Assembly: GCF_902459465.1 (NCBI RefSeq)
Contig: NC_047082.1
Location: forward strand, 620,001 to 684,000
Direction: 5' to 3'
From: Asterias rubens
Taxonomy: Eukaryota
DNA length: 64,000 bases
Shown here: positions 1-13,785 of the stretch, in pieces
Layout: each line of letters begins with the position of its first letter
Position numbering within the stretch: the stretch's first letter is position 1
Notes under the pieces: model-generated
The model's database searches: none
What the model saw: the letters and a program-made list of their open reading frames with translations, nothing else
What the model was told of the DNA's origin: nothing
Made by a program: the position numbers and the translations under genes

Positions 1-2341
1 GACCACGCTTTCTGCTGCAAATCCTCATTTCTTGGGTTACAAATGGCCTGGAAAAGACAAAAAACACAACCTTTATATTAAGGTTCATGTATCATGATAA
101 AGTACATACTTACAAAACAGAAACCTGGAAATGCTTAACCAAGTATACCCTTGTAATTCATGTTTACGTTACATTGTTATATATCTAGAAATGAACTTTT
201 TTTTCCATCAATGTTTTATACCATCAACCTCTCCCCATTACTCGTCACCAAGAAAGGTTTTATGCTAATAATTATTTTGAGTAATGACCAATAGTGTCCA
301 CTGCCTTTAATGGCATCTGCTACTCACTGATCTGATGGATTCTCCAGCTCCTCCATACTTCTGTAAGTCTAGTAGAATCCCATCAGCTTCAATTAAGACA
401 TTATCTACTGTGTTATAAACCTCCTCTTCATCCTGGGTAGGACTTGCATCTGAGAAACAAATCACAAAAAACATACAATACATTTTGGATACCGGAGCAG
501 GATTCAATGGTTTGCAAAAGTGCATGGGTCGTGGATTACAATCTCATCAGTGGAATATTTATTTGAAACTAAATGTGTGGAATGATGTACCCCCTTCTAT
601 TGTGTCTTCATTGAAATCTCAAGAATTCTTACGAGGCTTGTAGGGGAGGGGGGTATTTCTGTACAAGGGGAAAAAATGTGTTTTATTTGAAGTACACAGT
701 ATGGAACCTTTTTTGGGGGGGAGAGCCTATGCCAGGCCTGATACTTCACGGAGGCAACGGAGGCGATTGCCTCCATTGCCCCTTGCCATTGCCTTGGTGT
801 CCTTGAAATGCTCCAGTAGAAATTTACAATTTCCTCATAGGGTGCCCTTTGCCAAAGAGAAAATGCCTTGGTGCCATTGGCCTTTCAAAAACGAAGCATA
901 CAGCCCTGCTATGCCATATATCTTTATCCTGTAACCTTTGATTGGCAATTCAATGGCAAATCAACTTTCATTGACTGTAGTGTACATTATCAAATGACTT
1001 TCTTTACTTGTGAAAAGCACATTGTTTGTTCATTTAAGTAAAGTGATTGGAACCAGTGCATAGAAAATAGGGAATAGCGGAAAAAACTAAAGGTTATAAA
1101 TACAAATTGGAAAAATGTCCTTTTGACCTGTAAAATTATCCTTTAATGCACTTTTTTCAAAATTTTAAGGTTCAAGTTGCAAATTTATTAGGGAAAAACT
1201 CTTGCCCCTTAATAATAGAATCCTTTTTGTCTCTTTCTTCATGTTTTATCACTGTCACTAACACAACGGTTTCACTTTGAACAATTTTAACAAATTGACT
1301 GTTTACATGTAGGTGTGTGTACATTGTGTATTGACACATTCACGTGACTGTATACATGTGCAAACATACACATTTTACATTGTATACATGAATTCACCAG
1401 GTCACATACATGCATTAGTCGTTGCTTCATCGATTGAAAATATTTCATTTTCCATTTCCTCAAGTAATCAAGAGTTGTTTCAGGTACACTCTACCAGACC
1501 AGGAAGACATTCTAAATGACTCAACATGAATTCAATGAATGAAAGGCAGTGGACACTATTGGTAATTACTCAAAATAATTATTAGCATTAAACCTTTCTT
1601 GGTGACGAGTAATGGGGAGAGGTTGGTGGTATAAAACATTGTGAGAAACGGCTCCCTCTGAAGTGCCATAGTTTTGGAGAAAGAAGTAATTTTCCACGAA
1701 TTTGATTTCAAGACCTAGAACTTGAGGTCTCAACTTTGATGACCGATTGAGCCCAAATTTTCACAGGTTAGTTATTGTATGCATATGTTGAGATACACCA
1801 ACTGTAAAGGCTAGTCTTTGACAATTACCAATAGTGTCCACTGCCTTTAAAAGTAGTTTACTAATATCAATGTGACTCTGACACTACACTCCGCTCACGC
1901 TACTCTTGGAATCTGAGATATTACATAACTAAAATTGGTGGAGACAGTTCAAAGGAAGAAGGGGAAAACCTTGAGGGTACTAGATTCAATAGAGCTGGAT
2001 TAGGCAAACTATAGATCATGTAACCTGTGACTTGTTTACAAAGGAGCATCAGAGTTTACTTCCTGCAGACGCAGACAGAATTTGTACATGGCTCAAGGAA
2101 AGAAACTTAAAATCTTAGATTTTGTGGAGAATACACTATGTGATTTTTATCAAATTTTGTAAATGTAGAAATGGGCATGTCTCAAAGTTTATTCAGTTGT
2201 TACTTTCATAACTCTTGAATAAATGTGGAGCTGGATAAATGATGCAAAAAATTTCTTTTGCAACAACTTACTTTCAAAATCAATGAATATCTGAGGGTCG
2301 TCATCCTGTGGACCCCGCAGCTTTAACAGCAAGTTGCCCAT
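1..2341 (-). CDS. CYRI: CYFIP-related Rac1 interactor (CYRI/FAM49), 5' coding exons; gene continues off the left edge
   Basis: Exons 2341-2272, 449-328 and 47-1 have GT-AG boundaries and join in frame to MGNLLLKLRGPQDDDPQIFIDFENASPTQDEEEVYNTVDNVLIEADGILLDLQKYGGAGESIRSAICNPRNEDLQQKAW. This aligns with human FAM49B as recalled (MGNLLKVL...[21 protein letters not shown]...GAGHEIREAIQHP...LQEKAW). Confidence 0.95.
190..310 (-). mobile_element. Truncated TTAA (Kolobok-type) MITE, family A
   Basis: Ends in CCAATAGTGTCCACTGCCTTTAA and is the reverse complement of the left end of the copies at 1542, 10461, 44601 and 49601. Confidence 0.8.
733..908 (+). mobile_element. Short non-autonomous DNA element with CAGGCCTG/CAGCCCTG termini (hAT-like MITE)
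   Basis: Related copies at 20562-20705 (+) and ~11990-12189 (-). Superfamily inferred only from the CAG termini; no clean 8-bp TSD. Confidence 0.65.
1542..1850 (+). mobile_element. TTAA (Kolobok-type) MITE, family A, internally deleted
   Basis: TIR AAAGGCAGTGGACACTATTGGTAATT...AATTACCAATAGTGTCCACTGCCTTT. Five copies in the window. A TTAA target with purine termini is characteristic of Kolobok. Confidence 0.85.
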
Positions 2342-2922
2342 GGCAACCAAAAACCTGCAAGTAAGAACAAACAAAGATAAGTTTGATCATCATCAGAATA
2401 CTTTTTTTATAATCATATTTTAACCAGTGTGACCCATTCAGTATGTATCACGCATTGCAAGGTTTAAAAGCCAATCTTGTTTACCAACATGCAATGCATC
2501 GTACAGTGCACTGTACTATTACAAAGATGTGAACTCAAACTGTGCTTTACATATTTTTACAGGAAAAGTGTGGAACAAATATCACCTCATTTTATATTAG
2601 ACTGACTATGTACACATAATGTGTGATTTAGGTCTAAATGTGGCAGAGCTGCCAATATTTGCATCTTGCAACCAAGGAGATTTTGTACAATAAGTAGGAA
2701 GATGATTACATTCAATATCAAAGGGAGAAAGTTTCCATTATCTGGGAGTTTTTCGAATTTGGACATTTGAACATGAAAAAGATTAGTTAAATTTCAGGGA
2801 ACTTTGAGTAGAATCAGGAAGAGTTGGCAGCCCAGATGTGGGTGTAACTATTTGAGACAGCAATATGTACAATGCACGAACATCTTCGAGAAAGACTCTG
2901 CTAAGGGCGAAACGTCAGGCCA

Positions 2923-3269
2923 TTAAAGGGACACGTTGCCTTGGATCGGGCGAGTTGGTTTTTCAAAAGCATTTGAAATCGTTTGTTATGAAATGCATAT
3001 TGGTAAGATAAATAATTTATGAGTAGAATATAATGATCCACACAAACATGCCTCATAATTGCATGGTTTTCCCTTTACGTCATGAACTAACACGGTCGGC
3101 CATTTTATGGAGTCAAAATGTTGACTTCACAAAATGGCGGACCTTATAAGGAAAACCGTGCAATTTCGAGGCTTGTTTGTGTGGATCATTAAATTCTACT
3201 TTTAAATTATCTACATAACAACAATTTCAAAGACCAACTTGACCGATCCAAGGCAGCGTGTTCCTTTAA
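2923..3269 (+). mobile_element. TTAA (Kolobok-type) MITE, family B
   Basis: TTAA|AGGGACACGTTGCCTTGGATCGG ... CCGATCCAAGGCAGCGTGTTCCT|TTAA. Confidence 0.8.
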
Positions 3270-6200
3270 CTATTTTTCGCCATCGGTCCTATTGGTTGAG
3301 AAGTTGTTTGCAACAGCTGTTCTGTTTTTCAACATTGCTGCACATTACATTCTAGATATATGTACAATCTACAGGTTAGTCCTTGTTTCTCTCTTTTCCT
3401 TTTTGGAAGGGGAGGGGCCAGTAGATTTAAGCTTGAAGGAAGTGAAGCCTTTGTTTCAAGAAGTTAGAAATATAGGATGTATCAATGTATAATGTGACAT
3501 GGCACAGTTTCTTGCACTTTACTTGATAAGGGAAATGAAAAATTATAGCTCTGTTGAAATATTTGTGCTAGACCCAGTTATATATAATTGGGTTAAGGAA
3601 ACTAGATCCACAAGGGACGCCACACGTATTGACGCTGTCAATCAGGTTGAATCAAACGGGTGGTTAAATTTGGGTAAGTAGAAATTTAAAGGTTTCTTCA
3701 ACATTGACCTTGGTGGGAAAGAAGTTGAATATGAATCACAATCAAGTCCAACATTATAAAGATAATTGATTTTGTTGTCAAAGTTGTTGCACTTGCTTCT
3801 TATTTAATTAAGTCCAAGTTACAATTTTCCACCATACGTAAATTTGCATTTTATTGCCTGGTCATCAATTGTCTTTCCTGCCAACACGGATCAAGGTCCA
3901 TCCATTCTTGAGATGCAAATATTTATCTCAACGTAAAGCGTGGCATTCCCTTCTTCCAGAATCGCTGACTATTTGCTTACGAAAGCAGAGCCATGAAGTT
4001 AGGCCCAGTACACAGCATATGTGTGCAGATGTGCACGTTACAGGAGGAGGGGGATAGGTGCACTTAATGAACTCGATCAGTCATTAAAAGCTTGATTACT
4101 TATTAGCTGTCAAATCTAATGACTATAGTACACAGTAGACACAACACAGTAATTGGGAATGGAATTTTGAAATTATAATTTCACGCCATTCAGAATACAT
4201 TGTAGGTTACCAGTGTATGTATGTATGCCCATGGTATGCCGAAGGCCTATGCATCAAGTGTATGGTAATGCCAGGGCAAACAATTCACACTGGACCTCAG
4301 GCCCAAGTCTGGAGATTTTACTGTTGGGCCAGTCATGCCCGGACAAGTACGGTGATTTTTGTGTTTTTCAATTCACTGTGTACTATCATTTATTTAAAAA
4401 CATTGTGTTCAAATGTTGACTTTGAACCCGATAAACACCTACATACTGATGTATACTTCAATTTTAACAAAATTGAAAATACTCATTAAACAATGAGATA
4501 AATTTATCTCTTTGCTTGCACAGCATTAAGTGGATATTGCGCAATATAAACATTCCCTATTATTATTATTATTTACTAGGATCCTTTTTCACTCCCTACA
4601 AAATCTAATAAGTCAAAAATAGCATCATGGTCCAACTAATCAAACAAAGTATTCCAATTAATTTTGATGCGTTGGGGTTATTTATTGTAAAAAAAAAAAA
4701 AAAAAACTATTCAGCTTTTTTTACAAGGCAAAACTGTCAAATGGACAGTTCTGATTCTCTTTCTTCCCATAGGCACAGACACAAATGGGAACGAAACACC
4801 GACCTTCCACAAAATGTTTATTATGTTTGTGCATTGTAGGTCTACATTTATGTTACCTTGAAACACATTGAAGGCTACAGGTACATGGTGTATGTTTGTA
4901 CATTGTGTACAATGGATTGAAGTTTTGAACAACAAATGTACACAAGTGACATACTATGAACAGCAACACTAGATCAGTTTGTTGGACTCAACTGTTAAAA
5001 CTTGTGGAGTTAGAATAATGTAAAAAATGAATGGAACTCCTGACTTGGTTCACCTTCCTTGTACATTTGTACAGTACAACGGTACAGACATACATGTAGT
5101 ACAGTACACAATTGTACACAATTGATGTACGTACTGCTCAGTTCATGTTTTAACTCATGTTTTTACTGTACAGTGAAATGAATGTAGGCCTACTGTAAAT
5201 ATGGATATGCACCTCTCTGTGATTTGATCAACATGCACTTTATCATAGCCTATTACAGGCCTAATGTACATTCATGACAGTTTACACACGAAACGCTATT
5301 CATTGTACATGATTGTATTGTACCAGGGCTTACCCTAAAACACTTAGCCTAGTGTAGTATGTAAATCATCATCTAGTAAAACTGCTACGATGGGCTTCTC
5401 AACTTGGCCCTGCGAGCTACAATGTACAGGTACTACAAACTGTGCCACATACTTGTTTGTAATGCTCATTATTTTCTCCCTTTTCAGATGTGAATAAACA
5501 TGTATGAACAATTTGTTTAAATGTGTTAGTTTTGATTGTGTGAATGTATTGTAACTTCATTTGACCATCTGGTTCCAATAATACATCAGAAAGATGCAAA
5601 TACAAAACATGCTTCAAATCTGGGCTACTAAAACCTCCTGGGGGTAAGTAAAATGAACAGCAGCAGTTCAGTAGTCCGGTGGGCAACTATACAAAAAGCA
5701 ACGCATACTTTGAACATTTTGTACAATCTGTACACGTAATGTACACGGTATACACTGTACATTGTACTTCAGTACACCGTGTACAAGTACACATACACGT
5801 AGGTCTATTTGTTTGAGTGCAAAGCATGCACAGCAGGATGGTAAGGCAGCGACCAAAAGGCCAACCAAGTCACAAGAACACTTAGACCTATGGACAGGAT
5901 ATCCTATACCACATTGGGTGGTTCCTCTTTCAACAGCAACTCAACTGCTGATGTTTTTAATAGGCTTTTTACACAAACAATACTCGTCCCTCATTGATAA
6001 TATGCATACAGTATACTGTTTCATGTACAAGTCCCCCAAAAAAGCCTTGCTCTTCAAAAAGTCATAGTTTTCAATGTTTAGAGTGGAGTTTTGTTTCACT
6101 TCTTGTTTAAATCCCAGTCTTGTAAAAAAAACATCCAGAATGTACATTTATTTGGTTCATGCATGGAGGAATAAATTAAAATTAATTTATTCCTCCATGG

Positions 6201-6643
6201 TTCATGTATGAAGTAGAGTCGTCATACTCAATACCGCACCCTACTACACAGGTACGTGCCTCTAGTGTGGTATGACCCCGTTCAACCACAACAAATGTTG
6301 ACTTCTAAGTTCTTTTGTATTGACTAGACACCCATGCAAGCCACAACAAACAAGGATACAGGACAAAAAGAAATTCACTGCCAGCAAATGTTCAATATGC
6401 CATTTGTACACTACCAAGTAACATAGAACAGTACACTGAAAGTTCAAATAGTGAATTCAATTGTACAATGGGTTCATTGGTGCTTGCAGCAGAGAATAAT
6501 TAAAACCAGAGCTGCCAACTTTTGCAATAGCAATCGAATCAGGGAGATCTTCATTTATACAACAATATATATATATTCAACAACACAAATCAAAAGCCGA
6601 TTATTCTAATTTTGTTCACCCATGTCTCCAGTTGTTGGCGGTG

Positions 6644-6798
6644 TACGCCTTTCTTAATATTTATGCATGAGGTACGTGACAATGCTAATCCAAAACGAGG
6701 CAATGGGCACAACCACTGCAAGTGATGGGGGACGTACGCCCATAGCCTCATTTTGGGTAAGAATTATGACGTCATGCATAAATATTAAGAGAGGCGTA
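6644..6798. mobile_element. Hairpin MITE
   Basis: TACGCCTTTCTTAATATTTATGCATGA ... TCATGCATAAATATTAAGAGAGGCGTA, a ~27-bp inverted repeat with one mismatch. Confidence 0.65.
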
Positions 6799-9700
6799 TA
6801 GATAACCCATCCAGAAGATGCACGATGCACTGAGGCCATAATAACCCTAGAGCCATTAGCGGGCAAAACCCATCTATTTTTGGTACTTGATATTGATACT
6901 GGATCTTGCAAGAAGTCCATTTCAGCTTGTCATCAACTATATTGATTACAATATCTGGCCATCAAAACATTACCATGCTGGTTTCTGAATCTCAAGGTGT
7001 GTACATACACTGTACATCTGAACACCCCCCCCCCCCACAAACAAACAAAATAATAATAAGAAGAACAAGAAGAGATGAAGAAATTTTTCGTTAGAAACTG
7101 CACAATATACAACTGTACTTATCAATGAAAATAAAACAAAATATTCTAAAACAAACAGATACAACAGACTGGTTTTTACAAATCTGTTTTTTATTGCAAT
7201 TGTACATTGACAACATGTAGCACAATGAAGCGAATTTGTGACTGAAACCCCAATATGCTAGTACTTCATCGTCAAGACTAAAAACACAATATGGTGTATG
7301 AGTGAAGATCGTCTCTCTAGCGAGGACAGATGATGCTGCCGGTACAGTGACTCAATGTGGTGATTAGCCAGCAGTGACTGCCCTTGCCCTCAGGTTAGAA
7401 TTTCCATTGAACATGATCTAATAAAAGCAGGACATTAACTGAGAATTAATAAATGGAAACAGGCAAGTCTGGAATGGAAGGAAATGGATCCAGTGACACT
7501 GGCTTAAGAGAAAACTGACCAAGCCCTACATGTGCATGTATGGACAAAATGAATGGAATAAAAATTGTTAATGCTTTTACTCTTAGGAAAATACTTTTAC
7601 TTTTTACTATACACTTCCTAGGCTCATTTATAAATGTACTACAGGGAACAATTTCATCCAGCACTTTATCATTTGCATAGCAAAATATTTTGACAGAACA
7701 GACTATGTGCACACACAGAATCCTAATTCATATGAATCGCAAACAATGATTTTTGAGTAACATTTTGCTCTGCTATGCAAGGGAAATCATTATTAGTTTT
7801 ACCCAAATGTAATGTATAGTCTAAATGCTGTGCATTTAAGTACTGTGTGTAAATAAATTTGGTAATGAAACTGGGGGTGGAAATTTCTTTAGGAATTTAG
7901 AATTTGTCAAGACACGATATTGACTTGATCATCAATCTAAATGGCAATGGCATACCGATGATATTACACATGGAATAGATGCAGTTTGGCATGAAAGAAA
8001 TTACAATACATGGCCTTGTAACTCGCCAAAACTAGATCCATTTTAATTTCCAGAGTTGTATGTATTGTAAGTTACTCTGCTTCTCCAACACGGAATAAAT
8101 TACACACCTCTGATGAAACCAGTGTTCCAGAAGAGATACTGGCTCCTTAGTTACTTTGTACTACACTGGCCTAATTTATAAAGGTTGGCTGTCTGCTCTA
8201 GGACAAATTAAGCACAAGTCTAGGATGTACATGTAGTCCTTATGGCCACTGAACCTGAACCAAATAATATTTATAAGTACCCGTACTACAGGTACTAATA
8301 TTTAATTGACAAAACAAAAAATTCACACATGATGTACAATTTAAAAGACAGTGGGATGACTAGGAGACAGTGGGATGACTAGGAGAGTAAACAGTTTTAA
8401 AATATAACTGTCGCCATAAGGTGTCTTCCAAATTAAGATGGTTCGATCTTTTATTAATTGTGTAGTGTACATATATACATGTACATGTACTATATGCCTA
8501 CATTGTACGTACATGTCACATACAGTGTTTTAAAATATTTTTCTAATTTTTGAAAGCTTTTTTTACAGTTTTCAAAAATACCAGTTGTTTGTTTTCGGCC
8601 TCGACATTACTTGCATGAAATTTATTTTAGATTCAAAGATAATGTATGTTCCTGTTTTCAAAGTAGAAAAATATTATCACAAACTCAGTTATTAGGCCTA
8701 TTGCTACATCAATCAAATTTCCTGAAACGTTCAAAGCCACGAGATAAACACTGCAAACATGGCCAACAGTGACAGCAGTGCACGCATTACAAACCCAAAC
8801 AGGCACCATTAGCAATGCTAATTAAACACTGCATCACAATTTCTTGGGAGCTAGTCTTGCAAGACTTGACATACACCATGTATATTCATACCCCATAGGG
8901 CCCGAGGACTTGGGATGACATGCAAGAAAGCAGCAGCAACAAGGACGAACTCCAAGTCCATGTAAATTTAACATTATGGTTAAAGTGGTTCTTGTTACAA
9001 AAAAGCAATGTGGCATAGAACATGGGTACAATGTTACACGTAGACACCGCAGGCAGAGTTTTATCAAAGCACTTCCTCCATTTTTTTACAAACTGATTTT
9101 TCCATTATTAATACTTGAAATTCTTTCTAGTCAATGCACCTGACATGGAACCGAATCTGAAACTGTCAATTAAAAACATCTTTTTGGGGTACCTACTTTA
9201 GAATAACCTATGTACTGTGTAATTTTTTAACACAATTGTATATTTTAACCATGTGGACAAAAAAACAAAAAAATTGCATTCAAAGTGGACTCGGGTGGCC
9301 AATGTGTGCAAACAAACTCTGTATACTGATTATTGAATCCAACTCCCCTTCAAAGGTGTTACCCAATAACAAGGAAGTTGAATTTTTAAAAAGAAGAAGA
9401 TAGTCCACAGAATAAAGGTTCATTATAACACTGTAAGTAAGGAAACAAAACATATCTCTGTCCACTGAGTGATTCAGACAATAACTATGTTTTGTAGCAA
9501 CCTTTGATTATTCCGAGGAACACGACTTCCTCTTGGACAGTTGTCAGGGTTCTTTTGTCAGTGGACAGTGCCCAAGATGTAAGAACACCAGTATTGAAGA
9601 ACACCATGGACTCAGTGACTCTACACACTCAGACCCTACCTCAGGAATTACGACTAATCTAATAACAGGAAGTTAATGGGTAATACTAAAGTGATGATCT

Positions 9701-9980
9701 TCAGTGTCTGAGGAAAGTAAATTAGTGACTGTCTTTATGTCTTGTAACCTCGATAAAGTATGACCATAGACTCTGTCCTTACTCTATGGTATGACCATGG
9801 AGGTACAATGTACATGTAATTGTGGAGGTCCAGCTAGCATACAGTATGCATGGTAAATGCCCTCATAAGCTTATTGCCCTCAATGTACTGGCGGTAGGCC
9901 TACTTGTTTATGATCAAACAGTACAAAAATGTACTGTTCAGTGACTTACAGAATTGTACTACAGTACTACAATAATGTGC

Positions 9981-10068
9981 ACTGGACTCAAGTATTGATG
10001 TTGATGTTTCTGACCAGCAGAGTGTGGGTTCGAGTTCTGGTCTTGACACTTGTGTCCCGTACATGTAC
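9981..10068 (+). mobile_element. tRNA-derived SINE head fragment
   Basis: CAGCAGAGTGTGGGTTCGAGT...GACACTTGTGTCC carries a B-box and matches the SINE at 55461-55824. Confidence 0.65.
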
Positions 10069-10460
10069 ACTTGTGTCCCGTGTGTTGTGTGATGCAAGGT
10101 ACACTTTAAGAGGTTTGCCCCAGTGTTTAGGGGTATATTTCAAGCAGAAGTTATGCAGCTCCACATTCCTTGGTAATAAGCATTTGAGATGCCCTAAGTT
10201 ACCTCAGGTGTGATAAAGCAATATTATAAGAACTGTGAATTATAAATTATTATCGCAAAAATTAAGAAATTTATGCTACACATAGCCTCCAGTTGGACAA
10301 GATTACTATTTATATTTGTTGAAAAAAAAGGAGTGGAATGTTTTATGCATTGCATGCAGTTCCCCCTTCCCTTTGAAAGAGAAAAAAATGTAGTGAATAT
10401 GAGAGAAGAGAAGTTGCTATACACTACATGTGTAGATAACAACATCAAAGTCCAAGATGC

Positions 10461-10846
10461 TTAAAGGCAGTGGACACTATTGGTAATTACTCAAAATAAT
10501 TATTGGCATAAAACCTTACTTGGTAACGAGTAATTGGGGGAGGTTGATGGTATAAAACATTGTGAGAAACGGCTCCCTCTGAAGTGACGTAGTTTTCGAG
10601 AAAGAAGTAATTTTCCATGAATTTGATTTCGATACCTCAAGTTTAGAACTTGAGGTCTCGAAATCAACCATCTAAACGCACACAACTTCGTGTGACAAGA
10701 GTTATTTTTCTGTCATTATTATCTCGCAACTTCGATGACCGATTGAGCTCAAATTTTCACATGTTTGTTATTTTATGCGTATGTTGAGATACACCAACTG
10801 TGAAGGCTAGTCTTGGACAATTACCAATAGTGTCCACTGCCTTTAA
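10461..10846 (+). mobile_element. TTAA (Kolobok-type) MITE, family A, full length
   Basis: Both TIRs and both TTAA flanks are present; ~385 bp. Confidence 0.9.
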
Positions 10847-11989
10847 AACGTCATAGTCATACGGTCTACAGTAAATATACAATTTCAGTTATCCTAAAAA
10901 AAATTGGGTATAAAATCTACTGTACACAACACATGTACATGAATGAAATAACAAAAATTCCTGAGTGGCACGATAGCTGGGCAACGAGATTAATTTCCCT
11001 AGAACAAAATTCCTTTGAACTTTAATGTCATTGGAGGATGCAAATTTACAGATGGTAGTGATAAATTCATTATCTTTGTCTTCCATGAACCAGCTACTCA
11101 AATCTCAATCAGACCATTCAGCATCTGCAGCTAGGATTTGACCTTCAGGGTTGAAATAATGCAGTAATGCATTTACCAGGCATTGTACAATATTACTATG
11201 CAAACTGTACAATGACACTGAATGTGAATTATTAAAGCAAATACCCACATTGAAGCAAGTAAAACTCAATAGCAAATAGTTTGTTATGCAATTTAACCTT
11301 CATACATAACAAATTTAATTTATACATTAAATACTATTACCATTTAGCATTTAATAATAATATATTAGTATGCTACATGTATGCACACTGTATGTACTAA
11401 GTACTACACTGTGTTTTATTTTATGAACACAAATAATCTAATTTCAACTGCATCCCCCCTAATATGGGTAAAAATGGTACACTGAAAGAATTAAATGATA
11501 TTTATGGGATATTTTGTTACAAGTGCAACAACAACAACAACAGGTACACATGTGTACATGTGTACACTGTACACACAGTTTACAATGTACAAATACATTG
11601 TATTATGTACAACATTATTGAATGTCTTTTTTTTTTACTTTGATCGATACAAATGTAGGTGAACATTTGACAACAAATTGTCAGCTATAAATGTGATTGG
11701 AATACCGTTTTGAACTGAAGTGAATGAAAAAAATGTAGCTTCACTTTAGACCCTTTGCTTTGACCTTGGTTCCCAAATTATGTTGAAAATCATTCTTTGT
11801 AGGAGTGTACATTGTAGCAGATTGTCTTATTCCAATAATGGCATGCACAACCCCTTGTCTTGGAGCGAAGGGCTACTACACATATCGCAACCTATTCCAA
11901 ACCAAATATACAGCTCAAGTTTGGCTTGATGTACTGTTCATTTTTATTATTATTAACCAATTCCTGGAATTTCATCTTTGAAAGGGCCA

Positions 11990-12189
11990 AGCCAATGTAA
12001 TTTTCATTTGGCAAAGTGCAATTCCATTGGAAAATCTTAAAGTCAATGCCAAAATGTGGAACTTTTGAAGGGGCACCAAGGAAAGGCAAGACCAGGGGCA
12101 CCAAGAAAAGGCAAGACCAGGGGCAGTGGTGACCAGGGGCAACAGAGGCCATGACCTCCGTGGCTTGCGTGTATTAAATTTCAGGCCTG
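11990..12189 (-). mobile_element. CAGGCCTG-family MITE (reverse copy of 733-908)
   Basis: Reverse-complement similarity to 733-908. Contains an internal duplication of GGGGCACCAAG(G/A)AAAGGCAAGACCA. Confidence 0.6.
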
Positions 12190-13785
12190 AATTTCAGGCT
12201 TGAAATTAATATATCAAATAAACAAGTTGCCATTGAATTGATACAATTATTACAAATTATGTCAGCGAGGCAGGGGAGTTGGTAGTTGGCATGGTTGGAG
12301 TTAAACATTCACATTTAATGGGTATATGTACAAATAAACAGCAGCTGCCGAGCAACGCAGTGTGAATGTATGCCTTAATGTTTATCGCAAATAGCAAGAT
12401 ATCAAGAGAGGGCGCTGTTGAACCCACACAAAGATATAGGCGATGCGTGCGCGAGTCGTGCATGACAACCCACACCGCAGTAGCCTTTAGTCAAGGCGCA
12501 CGCGGCACACCGGATGACAAACACAACCCCAAAAATAAAATGCACGAAAAAAGAGTATCACCGCGAGCGGCGAAGCCGCGAAGCGCCTTTACCAACTCGT
12601 TTTGGGGCCTTATGTTTTTCTTTACATTTGCCAACGATTTTGGTGGGAGAAGAATGTAATGCAAAATGCATTAGCGTGGTGAGTTGCTGGCCAATAAGAA
12701 GCCACATTTACTTGCATGACGTCACAAGGATTCAGCCACAATATTTATTCTAGCTAGTCATTGTGAAAATCAGAGTTTAGATGGGGTGGGGGATTCGCAC
12801 TCACAACAATGTGATTGCAAGTCCTGCAGTCTAACGAACCACGGTTTTATATTTGTTCGAGATTTATGTTCAGGGAATGTTATTTATTGTTTAGTGAGTG
12901 TGACTGTGTGATGTGATTGTGATACTTGTGAACCAATTTTCTTACCAATTCAGTTGACCAAAATCCAAATGACAAACATGACAAAAGTATTTATTAATAT
13001 TATCTTGATTAATTAAATTAAACTTTAAGTTTAAACAGTTAAACTAAAGTGAGTCAATTTTAATAATTATTGACAAAATAAAAATGACATTGTTGAAATT
13101 TTGTCTCATTCTATTCTTTACTTTAGACCTAAGGCTTAGTTTGTCAACCCTAGCAATTAAAAAACAGTATCCCTCATCAGTTATCACGTCGTGCACGTAG
13201 ATCACTACTACTAGCACTACTACTAGTACTACGGTAACCATTTCATTATCAGATTATTAGATGTACGATACGAGACCGAGGGTGACACTTGTCACACTGT
13301 GTGACACTGGAGTCGAGTGGTGGTAATAGTATTGAATAGAACAGATAGTGACTGTCTGACCATGGTCTGACCACACAGTCGGATGTCAACATAATATTTG
13401 TATGTCAAAAAGTATGCATGCAGTTTTGGTTTGCACTTTTCAAAATGTTCAATTCAATCAGATCAAGCCTTCAATTCAACAACAACTTAAACAAGGCCCC
13501 CTTTTTTGCCCAACATTTAGCAGTGTTGCAGTTCGTTTGAACAACTCACCTTGATCCCTTTTTATGGGCAAGAATTCAGACGGTTCTTTTCCTCTTCTAC
13601 ACCCTCCTCAAAATGAAGTACTTTCCTCGTTTGGGTAAAATGTCTTCTTAAATGCAAGGTTTTAATCCCACGCCGACCAGTTTACAAGCACTATTTCCGG
13701 GTTCTAACATCGGCGCCACACAAAATCAATGTGGCTGCGTTTGCGCAGAGAGTTTACCGTCCGTTCCGTTGCGCCCGTTATCATC

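Noticed and set aside
3292-12200. Numerous 60-100 aa ORFs upstream of the CYRI start
   Set aside because: No recognisable domains, low-complexity AT-rich composition, and no consistent splice-phase chains.
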